64,000 nucleotides of DNA. Origin: Psilocybe cubensis (lineage: Eukaryota). Of this stretch, positions 10,686 to 23,900 are shown piece after piece (the stretch's first letter is position 1; each line of letters opens with the position of its first letter). Both the position numbers and the translations under genes were made by a program. Where the stretch lies: contig CM039008.1 of NCBI GenBank assembly GCA_017499595.2, positions 1,984,001 through 2,048,000 of the forward strand, given 5' to 3'. A model generated the notes under the pieces. The model had not been told where the DNA came from. It saw only the letters and a program-made list of their open reading frames with translations, and searched no databases.

Positions 10686-13046
10686 CACTTGGCGCAGCGG
10701 CGAGGATGTGGGAGGTAGATGTGAGAGGGGGACAGCATGCAGAAACACTGCAGCACATCGGTTGAGTACACATCCAATCACAATACACAAACTCTACTCA
10801 CCTGGAGATATGAATCGCGCCTTCAAGGACCGCCGCTGAGTGCAACATTGACGCGTCCACTCCCATCTCGCTGCTCTGCCACTCTGGAATTTCGTTGTTG
10901 GTAGCAGTAGAGGTAAAAGCAGAGGACAGGAACAGGAACAGGGTCGGGGTCGGGTAACGAGCATAAAAAGACGAGTAGCTCGGCGTCGAGTTCGAGTGTT
11001 GCGACGCTTCGCAGGAAGGGATCGAGTGATACGATCCGTACGGTCAAGTCGTCTGGACTTTTGTCGGTCGTTTCGGGTGCTGCTTCTGCTTCGTCTGATA
11101 GAGATAAAGATAAGGAGAAGGATGTGACTGCTGGTGCTGGTGTTGTGGATGAAGGTAGGCCGCGCTCGAAGGAGATGCAACTGCAGGCAAAGGGGTTGCC
11201 GACTTCCCCACCGCTCCCGCCGCTCCCTCTCTCTGTCGACTCGCCGAAACTGAAGGCGTCGCCTTTGCTCCCGTCCTTGATGCCACTTGCTTCTTCACTC
11301 ACACATCCACCATCCTCATCATCCCTTTCACATCCACCATCCTCTTCTTCCCCCTCCCCTTCCCCACATGCACATGCCCATCCACATTCACATACACACT
11401 CGCCACCACCCCTACACCCAACTAAAAAATCATCAACGCTCACCAACACCACCACCGCCTCCATCAACAAACCCCTCTCATCCATCGACTCCCTACTCGC
11501 ATCCGACGTGCCCACGGGCGCTACACTTGAGATCGGCATCCCATGCTCATCTCGTCGAAGCGGAAGCGGCATCCCCCCCGCGAGCGAGAATGTCGTAGAC
11601 GCAACAGCTGTCCCAAACTCTAAGTAAAGGTAATAATGTAAATAAAATAAAAATAAAGAAAATAATAATACCCTCCTGTCGTTGATGGCGACGAGTACGA
11701 CAGGTTGGAAAATTAGGTCTGCTCCCGCCTCCTGCACTGCTCATGAAGCCGCAGACTAATCTACTGCATTCCACAAGTACGTAGGTAAAGTCGAGAGGAA
11801 ATGCAGCGTTCTCGTTCATGCACTCCATGCACACGATACACTCGTGCTGAGCGTTGGCTGAGCGTTTTACCAGCGTTTACGGATTTCGCCAGTCCGGGAG
11901 ACATGAAGAGGTTTGAACGGGAGTTGGGTTTGCTTCTGCGCGAATTGGCGCGTTTGGTTAGATATTGTATGAATTGCATCGTGTTTGTATGCGGATGAAA
12001 ATGGGTTGCAACAACGATAAGCACCTTTAAAAAAAGGGGGGAAGGGAAAGGAAACCTTGAATATTTTCATGAACCCAGCAATATTGGGTTTTGTGCAGGG
12101 AACCAGGTTGTGCACGTCCGCGACGGGGATAGCAATCTCATCGAGACCACGGAAGCGCTCTTCAAGCCCGTGGAACTCGTCGGACTCTTCCTCTTCATCA
12201 TGTTTGTAAGGGAGAATGTGTCCGAGCCAGCGTCGTGGGCGTACGGGTCGCAGAGCTGCGCCTTTATCTCAGCGTTGAGCTGTTTTGGGGAGGTGGATGG
12301 TTAATCTGCACGTCTGCACGTCTTTTTCCGCCTCGTATGTAGTCCTGTAGAACTTGGATGTTAGATGTCTTATGACGAAGACGAAGATTAAGGTTAGATA
12401 TAGACAGTATGGAATCACGACGTACATTGAACGCAGAGCGTCATGGAAGGGTGGACAGGCCGAAGACGATTCTACAGAACGATGGCATTGGTTGACAGGT
12501 CACGCAAGACAAGCTGGGGAAGGAAACACACCTGCGCGGGGCATCAACGGCGTCTTTCCTACAAGCTCAACTGACAGGCACACGGTGTGTTTCGACTATG
12601 ATCGACGACTTTGACTGGGGAGACACTATGTAGGACATCGGAGAGCTAGGGGGATCAGGAACACAATCTAATCATGAGCATCAGTATATGATACTCAGAT
12701 TCCGCGCGTCTAAGCGTCACCCTAGTCGCTGAAATCAACAGTGTCGTCTTTTTGGGTAAAAATGAACTGGCGCTGACGCTATGTGTAGACGGGGGCGTTG
12801 CAGTTGCGTTGGAGGTTCTGTCGCTGGCGTTGACGACGGCGATGCTGCGAAGAACATGAGAAAGGAGAGGCCTACAGGAAGGGTGCACGGGGTCATGGTG
12901 TAACGTCAGTGCTCGCAGGGAAGTTGGCGTACCCAGAAGAGGGGGAAAGAATAAGTTGTCCCAGTAAAGATTGCCGATTAAAGGAACTATTGAGGTCTGC
13001 GTATGTTGTGCGCAAATTTTAGACCTGAGAGACAGCGAGAAAGATG

Positions 13047-13525
13047 GGAAGCGCGTCAACATGTGCTCCTCCAATTGGCGCATACAGATCAACTTTCTCG
13101 GTATTAGTTATATTGACAGAAGCGAGTTAAGTCTTGAAGCTCGTCGGTGCATACGGTGTTCGAGGTAACGTGCAGGAAACATGCACGATTAGGGTACATG
13201 GGTATAGTGGGAAGTACAACTCCAGGGCGCGCTGAGCGTGTTCGGATCCGGCCGGCCCGGAAGACGTGTGCCGCGGGAAGCACCTCAACACGTGCTCCTC
13301 CAATTGGCGCATACAGATCAACTTTCTCGGTATTTGCAGTTAGATTGACAGAAGCGAGTTAAGTCTTGCAGCTCGTCGGTGCATACAGTGTTCAAGGTGG
13401 CGTGCAGGAAACAGGCACGATTAGGGTACAAGGGTATAGTGGAAAGTACAACTCCTTCTGTTCAGGGCGTGCTGAGCGTGTTATGAGCGTGTTCGGATCC
13501 GGCCGGCCCGGAAGACGTGTACCGC
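13047..13525. repeat. Tandem duplication with a unit of about 229-250 bp
   Basis: TCAACA(T/C)GTGCTCCTCCAATTGGCGCATACAGATCAAC... occurs at 13056 and 13285. Both units end in GGATCCGGCCGGCCCGGAAGACGTGT. Confidence 0.85.
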
Positions 13526-14571
13526 ATACAAAGAGCTTCACGCGCGTGCAGAGCGCATAACCTGCGCGTGGATATGACCGTTCCGGGGTATGAACGTGCT
13601 CCTTCCGTGAGCTGACCCGCCTCTCTGACTCGTCTACCAGCGCCATTTCCACCAGCTCCAATGTCACTTGTGCCGTTTCATCTTCCATCAGCACCGTATC
13701 TGTTGGAAGAAGACTTGAAGCCAGTGACTCACTACGCTCTCCGCTCCAATGCTATCTGATTCACGCATGAATATGAGTGTGGGCTTGCCTGGTCGGCTGC
13801 CCGTGATATATTGAACAATTTAATAACGAATTAATCTAAATCAAATATATCAGATTCTTGCAAATCAGATTTTGCGATACAGATCCGTCCAGAGATATAC
13901 GTATTACAAACTTCAACTTACCTATGACGAAGTATGATTCAGGACCTGTATCGTGACCGGCTTAACCCCCGCAGATTGAGCAGCGACCAAATAACGTGCG
14001 TTTGAGTGGAAGATTATCGTGTTGCTCAGTTGTCGAGACCCTATCGTGTAGATTTCACCCCGACCTTGCCCTTCGACCGCAGATTCACCTGTTCATGGAA
14101 GTGAGCCGTGGGCACCGATGTCCTGGAATGATCAGAACGAAAATTTCTGCTTACCTCTCGTGAAAGGGACGCATGCGACGGGCGACGGCTTTTAAACCAG
14201 CCTCATTGAACACGATGACCGGTAGCATAGAGCGTAGTTTGACTCGTCAAGTGCGCTGAGTGTGTAACTCTGATTTCGCTGTCATTCTGGACTTTGCTTC
14301 GGAGTTCTAGCACCTAAAAAGGGGGTCAAAACCACAATAAGTTACGGTTTGAAGATCACTTAACCTCCTCGCAAATCCTCCTTGCTCACAACTCTATAAT
14401 GGTATCATTTAAGTATGCCCTGTACCAAACACGCATTACCTTTGAGGTATTTCTAATGCCTGACTTTCAGACCTGATCCCACTAGCTACTCGCAGACATT
14501 AAAACCACGTAAAGTTATATACACATTATGAGTGCGCGTAACTACAAATGCTGGCTACAACTCTAAATTTT

Positions 14572-16211
14572 CTAAATTTCCCTCATTTGCGTTGAGGAGC
14601 CCGTAATATTGCGCCTTCGAAGTCAAGAAAGCGAACAACTAAGGTAGACATTGCTATTAGATATAAAAGTTGAGGCCAGATGACGAATTCTTACAGCAAA
14701 AAGATATGGTGCCCAGTTAGCGTAAGTGCATGCCATGACAAAAGCAATGAAGGGACCATTGGTTCTGGCATAGTGAAGGAGCGTATTTGCAGGCTGTGTT
14801 TGAGTTTCACCGACGCCAACAAAGGGCTGGCTCCGCTTTTCCCACAGATAGATGAAGCCATTAGAAGATGCTGCAATACAGACTTTGCGACTCTCCGCCA
14901 TGGTTACTGCAATCGCCTGTGTCATGTGAGCCTCTGTGAACATGTTTGAGCGTCAGAAAGCATAAGATACGGCAAAAGATCAAACCTTTTGGACTTGAGG
15001 TAAGGGTCTGCAGAACGTAATTATTGGCTACGTCAAAGATATGTACCTTATTAGTGTGGCTACCGCACACCGACAGTTTCGTGCCTTCAATGAAACGGCA
15101 CTGCTTTATGAAGTATTTGTGGGTGGTCACGGAGTCCCCAACGGCTAGGGTCTGGAGAGGAGACATATCAGGAGTTTGGTAAACATCAAAATTGCCGTTG
15201 TTGAGATTGTTGACGATGATAACAGTCTGGTCGCTCGAAATCGCAGCAGATCCGCTACATGAGCTTATCAGTCGAATATAAGGTAAAATATGTTAATATG
15301 CGTACATCCCACTGGCGAGTTTTTTGGTCCAGAGCACTTCGCCATTGGAAGCGTCCCGACAACAACTAGCAGAATTAAGAACAGTTAGAACAGTTGAACA
15401 GCGTGGTTAATTGATATTACGTTGATAAACATACACGTCACCATTCTCTAGTCCGAAGGACAGCAACTTTTCATTTGTTGACCCGAAGAAGAGGACCGAC
15501 GTCGGAATACCAGGTCGGTTACTGGGAGCTTCCCAGACGAGATTCGCTGAGCCAGCTACAGGCAATAAATAAATGGTACAGAAGAAACCAGGAATAACCC
15601 TTACCGACTGCATCAACAGAATACATCTTAACAGCTCCGGAATGACTGGAAGCAATCAGCCTGCCGTTTATCTTATCAAATACGAGGTTCTCCACGATGT
15701 CATTTGGGGTGAACAGCTGGATTACGGTTCCTCTCTCCGTGAAAGGCTACGAGAGAGAATTAGTGACTCGCTAGGATATCCTCTGATTGGCACACCTTAA
15801 CAGAACGAGAGTCCATTAAAAACATGCTCATACCACCAAAAACATTCCCGACGCATAATACGGTTGAGGGCTCCCTCGAAGGTAATTCGGTATACGCCCA
15901 CGCTAGGCAACTAACTTGCCCCCACTGCTTGTTCTCGAGGACTTGTTCAGTCCGGAAAGTTTCCGTGTTCCATATAAAAACCTTGTCGCGGTCACCTATT
16001 TTGTTGCATCAGATTCTCGTTCCAATAGTGAAAAGCAAAGAAATAGTATACCTGCAGCGACCAAAAATTTTCCATTGCTCGAGAAGAGCAAGTGATCAAC
16101 GTGTTCAATCCCTGGGTTCTTCAACTCCTTCGCAAGGACGAAAGAGCTATTCTGTTTCAACGGTTAAAGTAAATATTCTACATTTCAAATGTCACGACGT
16201 ACCAAGTTCAT
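14572..16211 (-). CDS. WD40-repeat (beta-propeller) protein with a C-terminal hydrophobic segment, multi-exon
   Basis: Exons read HLLLSSNGKFLVAA / GDRDKVFIWNT...WGQVSCLAW / SSHSGAVKMYSV / CGSHTNKVHIFDV / SSNGFIYLWEK / PFIAFVMACTYANW. Introns are canonical GT-AG. Confidence 0.7.
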
Positions 16212-17078
16212 GATGTATAAGTAGGTATAAGTAGACAGATAGGATAGCACTGTGGTGTACGGGCAAATGTGGCAAAATGTTTGATTTGTGGGGTGAAGGT
16301 ACTTTTATTCAAAGCCTGCCGTGTCTTGTCTTTAAGATTGAGTACGTCGTGTTGCCTTTCAGCTCACCGGAGATATGCCTAGCGCTGGATCCGCCTTTCG
16401 ACACAAGCGGGTCATCAACGAGACGACAGCGTGTTTGTTTCGTTTATTCTCTCACCCGGGATCCCTTTCACTATCACTATACAATCCGAGCTTTGTTATT
16501 TTTCAGTTATGTTTGGGTGGGATGCTTTAGCAGACTTCAGTTTCTCTCACTCTACTAGAAGAAGTAATCTAACTACAGGAGTCGCTGAAACTACGTATTT
16601 TTTACAGACTGTCGGGTCGTGGTGGAGGAAGAGCGAACCGTGCGAAAATGCTTGAACGAGAATATTATAGTGCACAGATTTCCATGCCGCTTCGGCAACT
16701 CGCCGAAGCGGCATGGAAATCAACACGGTATATCAATGCTGGCGCGCGACCGGACCACCTTTCCGACCTTCTTTGTTCATCTCCTCGTCATGGGGAAACA
16801 TCGTCTTCCTCGATGAAAGAGTTCTTTCTGTATAATTTGTAATTGTACCCTTTCTGAATCAATAGACCTAATAGATCAGTGTGAAAGCAATCAAGCAGTC
16901 CTCCGCAAAAGCCGTTTGACGCGTAAAACACGCCCACAGCGACTTGATAATGCCTGTGTGCTATCGACTGTGCGTATATTTCAAGCCCCTCGCCATCCTA
17001 CCCTTCTCATATTATCAATTCACCACCAACCTTTCTTAGACGCTCTTTTCTGCCTCCTTTCAACTTACTCGTACGACC

Positions 17079-18000
17079 ATGGAGAACACTACTCGTCAAG
17101 CTTCGTCATCAGGTTCCCTGGTGGAACCTGTCCCCATGGCCGTCTCCGAACCCTATATCGGATTTCACCACCCTATGGTAACATCGCATATCAACTTTAC
17201 ACCAGTCTCTCGTTCTGCTCCTCCTGTTCCCAAAACAGCCATGAGGATTAATTGGGAACCAAGGAGGTCTTCCGCTGATTTACCTGACGATAACGACGAC
17301 CCCTCACTTGCCCCTGCACCTGCTAACCCTTCACAGTCAACTTCCTCGTCTGCCAACTCTCCGAACCCAGACCCTCCGAACCCTGCTGCGACGGCAGGGC
17401 CGTCGCAAACCACTTTACCCGCTCAAGGTGTCGCTACCGCAGGGCCCTCGTCTGCGCCAGTAGGCACTTCAAAAGTCATCATTATCCGGAAGCCCCCAGG
17501 TGAACCCGGTCGCCCAGGATCGGGTGGTTTTAATTTGGAAGATGTACTTGTGGGCGAGCACGACTGGGCCTTATCGGACGTTGAAACCCTGCAGGTAAGT
17601 TTATTTCGTTCGTCCTATATGTCTTTTCTTTACTCTATCACACAGGATTGGCTTCGCAGAGAGGCGACCAAGACTCTCCGGCTCGATGCTAGTTATCGGT
17701 CGCAAAACCCGAGACTGATTGAGAGAATATGCAACAAGGTGTGTTCTGGTTTCAGTTCTGCTCAACTTATCTCATGTTTTGCAGGCTATGCGTCCCGAGC
17801 ACTGGCCTGTTTTGGCTAATTACGACAACTGTTGGCCTGTCAAGAGTGCCCTGAAATTGATCCTCAAATACAAATCTGAAGCCTCGCGACGGGTAGAAGG
17901 GCGGAAAATGGCTGTGCGCGTTCGTAAAGCTATCAATAACCAAGAGGGCTCGCATGAATCGTCTAGCGAGGGCGGCAGTGGTAGCGATGAAGAGGCCTGA
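17079..18000 (+). CDS. Hypothetical protein, 3 exons: disordered N-terminus plus a helical C-terminal domain (KPPGEPGRPGSGGFNL...WPVKSALKLILKY)
   Basis: Introns at about 17595-17646 and 17739-17784 join ORFs 17079 and 17719 in frame. Confidence 0.7.
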
Positions 18001-18656
18001 ATTCCCTCCCCCCAACTCTATACCATTGTGCCCTGGCTTGTTATACCTGTCCTTCCTTTATTTGTAATGGTCTCTCCTCTCTACTCTTTTTTTCACGTTC
18101 ATTTCCACATGCACTATTCATGTCCGACTCTAATCCACGTTCCTTTCCTCCTGCATCTGTTATTGCATACTATTCGGGTTTGAAACTCGTTGACATTGCT
18201 TTTCTTTACCCCGTCGCTCGTTTCCTGTACAACCTTTCTTCCCATACCATTATCAAATGTCTTAATGTGGAAATCCCTATGTCTCAATTTTAAAGTCATA
18301 GTCGCTCACTGTGAGGATGCACATCGTCTCCGAAAGTTTAATGGAAGTTTTCTGTCAGAAGACAAATTAGACATGAGCTATGATCCGCTTCCGAGCCCAT
18401 TTTGACAAGTAAGTCTTGAACACATCGAAACCCAAGCTTGATTCTAACTTATCTAGACACGTTTGAACACGCCGGCCGAACTTCAATAACTTATTGTATC
18501 TGCCATAACGTTACACTGTGAGTACAACTGTTGTGGAGATAAGATTAGGTAACTACAAGGTAACTAAACTATCCAGGGTCGCTCGAAAGTCACAGGATAA
18601 AAGTTGCGATTCTCCCTTCCCCACGACTTTTGTCGTCTGCTACCATCTACAAAACT

Positions 18657-19184
18657 ATGGAATCGGGAGACGGATATTGCGCCAGAAACCACTATCACTT
18701 CCCGGACACACAGCGGCAGCAATTGCGGCAATTTCATGTCATCACATCACCCGCTCAATCTGTACCAACCTATTCCCATCTACCTTTTCCAGACGGCGAT
18801 GGGCACCCTAAATGCCCCAGTTGCACGAAGTCCATGAATAATGCAAATCGAAACCCCCCGTATAACCAACGCTTTACTTATCGATCACACGTATCACTCG
18901 CAAATAATGCAAACCGAAGTCCTTTGCCATACAATCAGGTCTCACTCACTCGGCCACCTGAGCTACTCGACGTCACTCTTCCAAGTGATTATCTGAGTAT
19001 TTTGGTCCGAGTTCAACATCCCACAATTGACCCCGGGGCTTCCTCCACTAATCGATCGAACTTCGAGCCTCATCCGTGCCCGTATATTTGCCAACTTTGT
19101 CCCTACCTTCAACAGATCATGTATCAAGAAGGCCCTCCCGAAGATATAGTCGGGATACAAGCAGTACGTTCAGCTTCCGTATAG
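18657..19184 (+). CDS. Possible hypothetical protein with two CxxC pairs
   Basis: Open frame from MESGDGY containing CPSC and CQLC. No family recognised. Confidence 0.3.
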   Translation: MESGDGYCARNHYHFPDTQRQQLRQFHVITSPAQSVPTYSHLPFPDGDGHPKCPSCTKSMNNANRNPPYNQRFTYRSHVSLANNANRSPLPYNQVSLTRPPELLDVTLPSDYLSILVRVQHPTIDPGASSTNRSNFEPHPCPYICQLCPYLQQIMYQEGPPEDIVGIQAVRSASV

Positions 19185-19735
19185 TTCGCATTGCCTTGTA
19201 CTTATCAAGAATTTCCCCACAGCGATCACCGATACCCCCTGAGAAAATATCTACCTATTCGGAATTGACACCCCATCTCCAATATATGCAACAACATCAA
19301 CGTCAACGATCGGAGGAAAGATAATCTCGAGCAAGGGTATTAAGTTCCTGCGCCATGCTTCCTGTTCTAATAATTCATGAGTTTGTAACAATGTCAGAGT
19401 CACTGGTTCTATTTAATTTTACCGCGACTTTCTATGAACGAATGCAACCATAAGGGTTTATGTGAAAAAGTCTCCCCATAAGTTGCACCTTCAACTGAAA
19501 ATAATTCTGTATTGCAGGCAACTTACTTTATTTGAATGTCAGGTCGCGTAGAAGGCGCGTCAGGCCCGCATTAGGGTCACGGACTGTCTCGTGAAGATTT
19601 TAATGAATAGTTTAAAGTCCCGAACGTCTATCTCTTTGTTTCGTATGTCCTTTGTGTTTTAAACCTCGAAAGTGTTTAAATAGGCTAAGATCTAATGTGA
19701 AGCCAACTCCCACCTCGTTCCACCCATCCACCATC

Positions 19736-20323
19736 ATGGGCATTTTATGCTTCGCTGTCACAACGCTTGTCGTAGGCACCATGTTGGTCGGCATAGGCAT
19801 TTTAACACACAATGGTTTATGGTTCTTTCTCGCGCTTTTTTCACCCATGACGTTGCTCGCTGTGTTCACTTTTTACGATTATTACACGGTTGTCTACAAC
19901 CCTTCTCCACACCTTTTAAACCTCAATAATTTGAGCTCACGCCCTGCCCCATTATTGCGCTCCGGACTGCGAAGCGAACGTCGTTATATCGTTTCCATGC
20001 CAGTATCTGTCAATACAGTCCGCAGCCTCCTCGACGGTTCTTTCGCTAATTCATATACGCCGACAACTGCCAATATTCTGGAAGCAATCGACCATATTTG
20101 GTCGCAAAACGACATAAACATCATGGAGGTATGCAGTTTTTTTACGGCGTGCTACCTTTGAATCTTAAAGTTCTTGCAGAGAATCCATGGACTTCAAAAC
20201 CCTTGTCGATATCGCTTCCTCCATCGATCGGGCCAAAATATATATCTCGTTACAGACGTCGACCCGTACGGTCCTTCCGCCGAGACCTCGCGATTGGGTC
20301 CTCGTGAATTGGAATATTACTAG
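19736..20323 (+). CDS. Small membrane-anchored protein, paralog A (2 coding exons)
   Basis: Hydrophobic N-terminus and an intron at 20129-20179. NILEAIDHIWSQNDINIME/RIHGLQNPCRY aligns with the gene at 36073. Confidence 0.7.
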
Positions 20324-20928
20324 GACAGGACTCCAACCTGTTCGTATATTTTAACTGCTTGTTCACCGATTCTGTTCTGATTACCTTGTAGTGCGGAATG
20401 TGCAAAGGCGTTCCAGCTTGGCAGTAGCATCTCGGTTATTCGTATATCTTCGCACCCAAGTTCCACTCATGCTTCTATTTTTTTTCTTCTTTCCTCAGTC
20501 TCATCTCGATACTTAGTCCCGCAATAATGTTTTTCTTGTAAATCATATTTAGTTTTGGCTCTATGAATACTTAGTGCAATAATTTTCCGTTGTGTAAAGT
20601 TCACTGCATACGCAAATAGACATCCATTCCTAGGTCGGTTTAATTGTTTTTGCGCGCGACGGAACCCATGGCCAACGCGCGCGATGTTTTGATGCCGATC
20701 AAGACTAGAAAGAGCGTTCAAACCTGGAGATGGCATGGAGATGGCCTGAGAAATAATGTTACTCGCTCAGTGACGAAAGAAAATACGCTCATAACAAGAA
20801 TTAAAGGTAAATTGATCGGAAAACAAACTTTCAAGCTACTGATAACATGGACCACGAAACCGCTATATTAGTCTAAGTAGAAGAATTTTGATATGTAACA
20901 ATTATGAAAAGTTGCGCGCCACGAAATG

Positions 20929-23900
20929 TTAGGTATAGATTGCAGGATTCACCTCGTCGTCCTCCCCTGGAAATGGTTGAGCGGCCTGGGGGTCTAGCAA
21001 TCGTAGTTCAAGGTCGGATAAAGTATTCAACCAGACCGGATTGTAGTAGTTTATGGGGAGTCTAGTTGGGGCAGGCCTCGTACTGTAATTTTGCCCTTGC
21101 CTTAACCGCTGACGGACATCAGGTTGACCTCCGGGGCGCCTACCACCATATGCAGTCGTGGCTGGCAAAGCATTATCGGCATCCGTCACGGTGTTCAGTA
21201 GCCGTGGATTTCGCCAATATAATATCCTAACGCTTCGGATTCCGCGCTCTTCAGAATCGCTCTCGTCGGAACTCATCCCATCATCTCCTAGCGTCACAAT
21301 GGTCCGCGCATGATTTGGCATGTTCGCCTGTTGAGCACTATCAACACGGGTCTCATACAGCTGCAAAGTAAAGGCCGTTAGAGCAAGGAATTCGGACTAA
21401 CTTGATAGCTTACTTTAGTCTGACGACGACGAACCCGCTTAAACCGGTCGCGTCCCTCTTTCTCCATCAACAGTCTATTTCCCGCATCCTGTTCAGTTTC
21501 ATCCCCCCGTGGCATGGCGTTGGACATGTAATCCCTTAGAGTAGTGAGACGCCGAAGGAAACATTGTTCAATTTCTTCCTCTTGCCCCCGATATTCTGGA
21601 TATTGTCGCACTAAAGAATCTGCAAAGAGGTTTGCCATGTGACGGTTCCATTGTGTGTTGACTCTGTCAAAATACAACTGGAAAGGTGTCATTGTCGGAG
21701 GATCTCGTCGTCGGCGCTCTAAACGATCCACTTCAACCTCGTCGGCGATGTGAATATTATCAAGATCGGAGTAGATTTGGCTGTCACGATGATCTGCAGG
21801 GAGATCAAGACATTTGCGCAGATGTAGGCGCACTGCTTGCTAAAAATTCTGGGCTTAAGTAAAGCATTGATATATAGGTAGTAAAAACTATACCGTCAAC
21901 TGTGTGCGGTCAATTGTACGAGGCCTAGCTGGAGCCTTCTCTTTGAAGGGAGACTTGACTTTCGTAGGCGTCTGACGTACTCTGGGTCCTCTTCCGTTTG
22001 CCAAATCATCCCGCAAGCCGTTGACACTGGCAGTCATAGTTTGTATACATTCAATCAGCATGTTATCGGTATTGGGTCGTGGCGAAGGGTGCTGATCATC
22101 GTCTGAAGGCATATTGGGAGCCGTAACGGTCGAAGTCGGATGCCTTGGCGTGTTGGCCATCGGAGGAGCCGGCTGAGCAGTGGCAGGAGATTTTGCGCGC
22201 TGGGCACTGGCACCAGAGCGTTCTGCGTGCCGAGCTTGATAGGCAGCGAGTTGAGGATTTGTACTGGCACCAGAGCGATTTGCATGACGCACTTGATAGG
22301 CAGCGAGTTGAGGATTTGCAGTTGAGGAGTTGGGAGGGACAGATGTGTTAGACGTTCGCACTTCGGAGGCCGAATGTCTTGGCGTGGTTGGCGTGGTAGG
22401 CATCGCTGGAACTGTACGATCAACGACAGGACTGACAGTAGGGCGGGTCGCATGACGAGCTTGATAGGCAGCACGGTAAGGATCATTCACCGCAGAGGTA
22501 GCAGAGGTAGGCGCTATGGTAGAGTTTGAAGCGGGAAGGCGCCCTAGCCGTTGCATAGCAGCGGCAAAGTATCGCTCTGTTGCTGACTGACCTGTAGGAG
22601 GGATAGGGGTCGCGCGGTTAGAATCCCTGCGTCTTTGAGATGGTGGAATTGTGGTATATCTTGTAGGAAAAAAACCCGGAATTATATATCGCCGAGGTGA
22701 TGCTGATCTTGGAACAGGTCTTTGGTGTGTTGTCCCATCTTCCATATGTTCGTCGTCTGAGTCCAGCGGGGGTGACGAATTGGGAGCTCGAGGCGAATTC
22801 CGGAGCGGAGAACTATCTACCATTTCGTCATCTTCATCCCTCGAGGCTTCATTTTGAGGAGGATTTGACGGTGGAACAGCTGATTGTCCGCGCTGGGCAA
22901 TCTAAGATACCTCGTTAGGATCAACAAGATCACCACATACATTATTGCGTACTCGTGAATGTATAGAAAACCCGGCATTGCGCTTGTTGATCCCAATCTA
23001 GAAGACATCGAGGTAAATTATTAGGTACTACGTACGAATGGATTGTTTAACATACCAGCCTCCGCCGGGCATCCAACCTCCTAATTTCCGTTGGTTCATA
23101 ATCATCCTCAGTATTGTGAGTTCTGTTCTTCATAACTGAATTAATGCGAGCCTGCAAAACCTTGGAGGTGTGATCAGAATCGAAGATTGACAAGGAGGGG
23201 AACAGATTTACTTCATTCTTAATTCGTTCGTTCTTTAATATGTCCTCCAACGCACTTGTCGTGTTACCGAATTCGGTATTGCTTGATTCCAGCTCGTTCA
23301 AGCGACCTTGATTTGCCTGACATTGTTGTGCCAGATTGGAAACTTGGAGACGCAGGCTGGACTAATAATGATACCTTATCAGTCGGATTTGTTGAGGCAT
23401 AGGCTAAACTAGAATCCTACCACCGTATCCTCGTAAGTGGCCTTCATTTGATTCATCTCGGCCTGTGCTCTGTATCAGCAACAATGCCATGATTAAAAAT
23501 TGACAGACAAACCATTCGGTTAGTTTGCTCTGCTTTCAGAGCGTTCTCGGCGTCCGCTGATTTTTGTTGATGGAGATCCATTTGGGACTTGAGATCGCGT
23601 TCGAGCGCATGATACTGTTTCTGCGACTCCTCTCGCTGGTTTTGTAATTGTGCTGTAAGGCGGGTTATCTCGTTTGACGCAACACGCAACCGTTCATTGA
23701 GGCCCGTGATAGTTTGTTGATCTTCCACACGTGTCGTGTTTGCGCGCTCTAGCTGTTGTTGGAGAGCATTGATTTGGTCCTGTGCGTGTGCTGCACTTTG
23801 CGATGTGTTGAGATTTGCAATTGTCGAATTCGCGTCCCGGAGCTGTTGCTGAAGAGAGTTAATTTGTTCCTGTGCAAGGGCCGCCGTATTTTGTGAGGCA

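Noticed and set aside
10700-12300. ORFs of 188 and 304 aa as intact genes
   Set aside because: Low-complexity Ser/Pro/His sequence with stops nearby and no clear start. It is probably another captured fragment, but the donor was not recognised.
13540-13700. EDETAQVTLELVEMALVDE as a second dynactin fragment
   Set aside because: The resemblance is too short and weak to support.
16919-16924. MCB/SCB-like CGCG motifs upstream of core genes (also about 19545, 27181 and 30131)
   Set aside because: The motifs are too short to distinguish from chance without an enrichment test.
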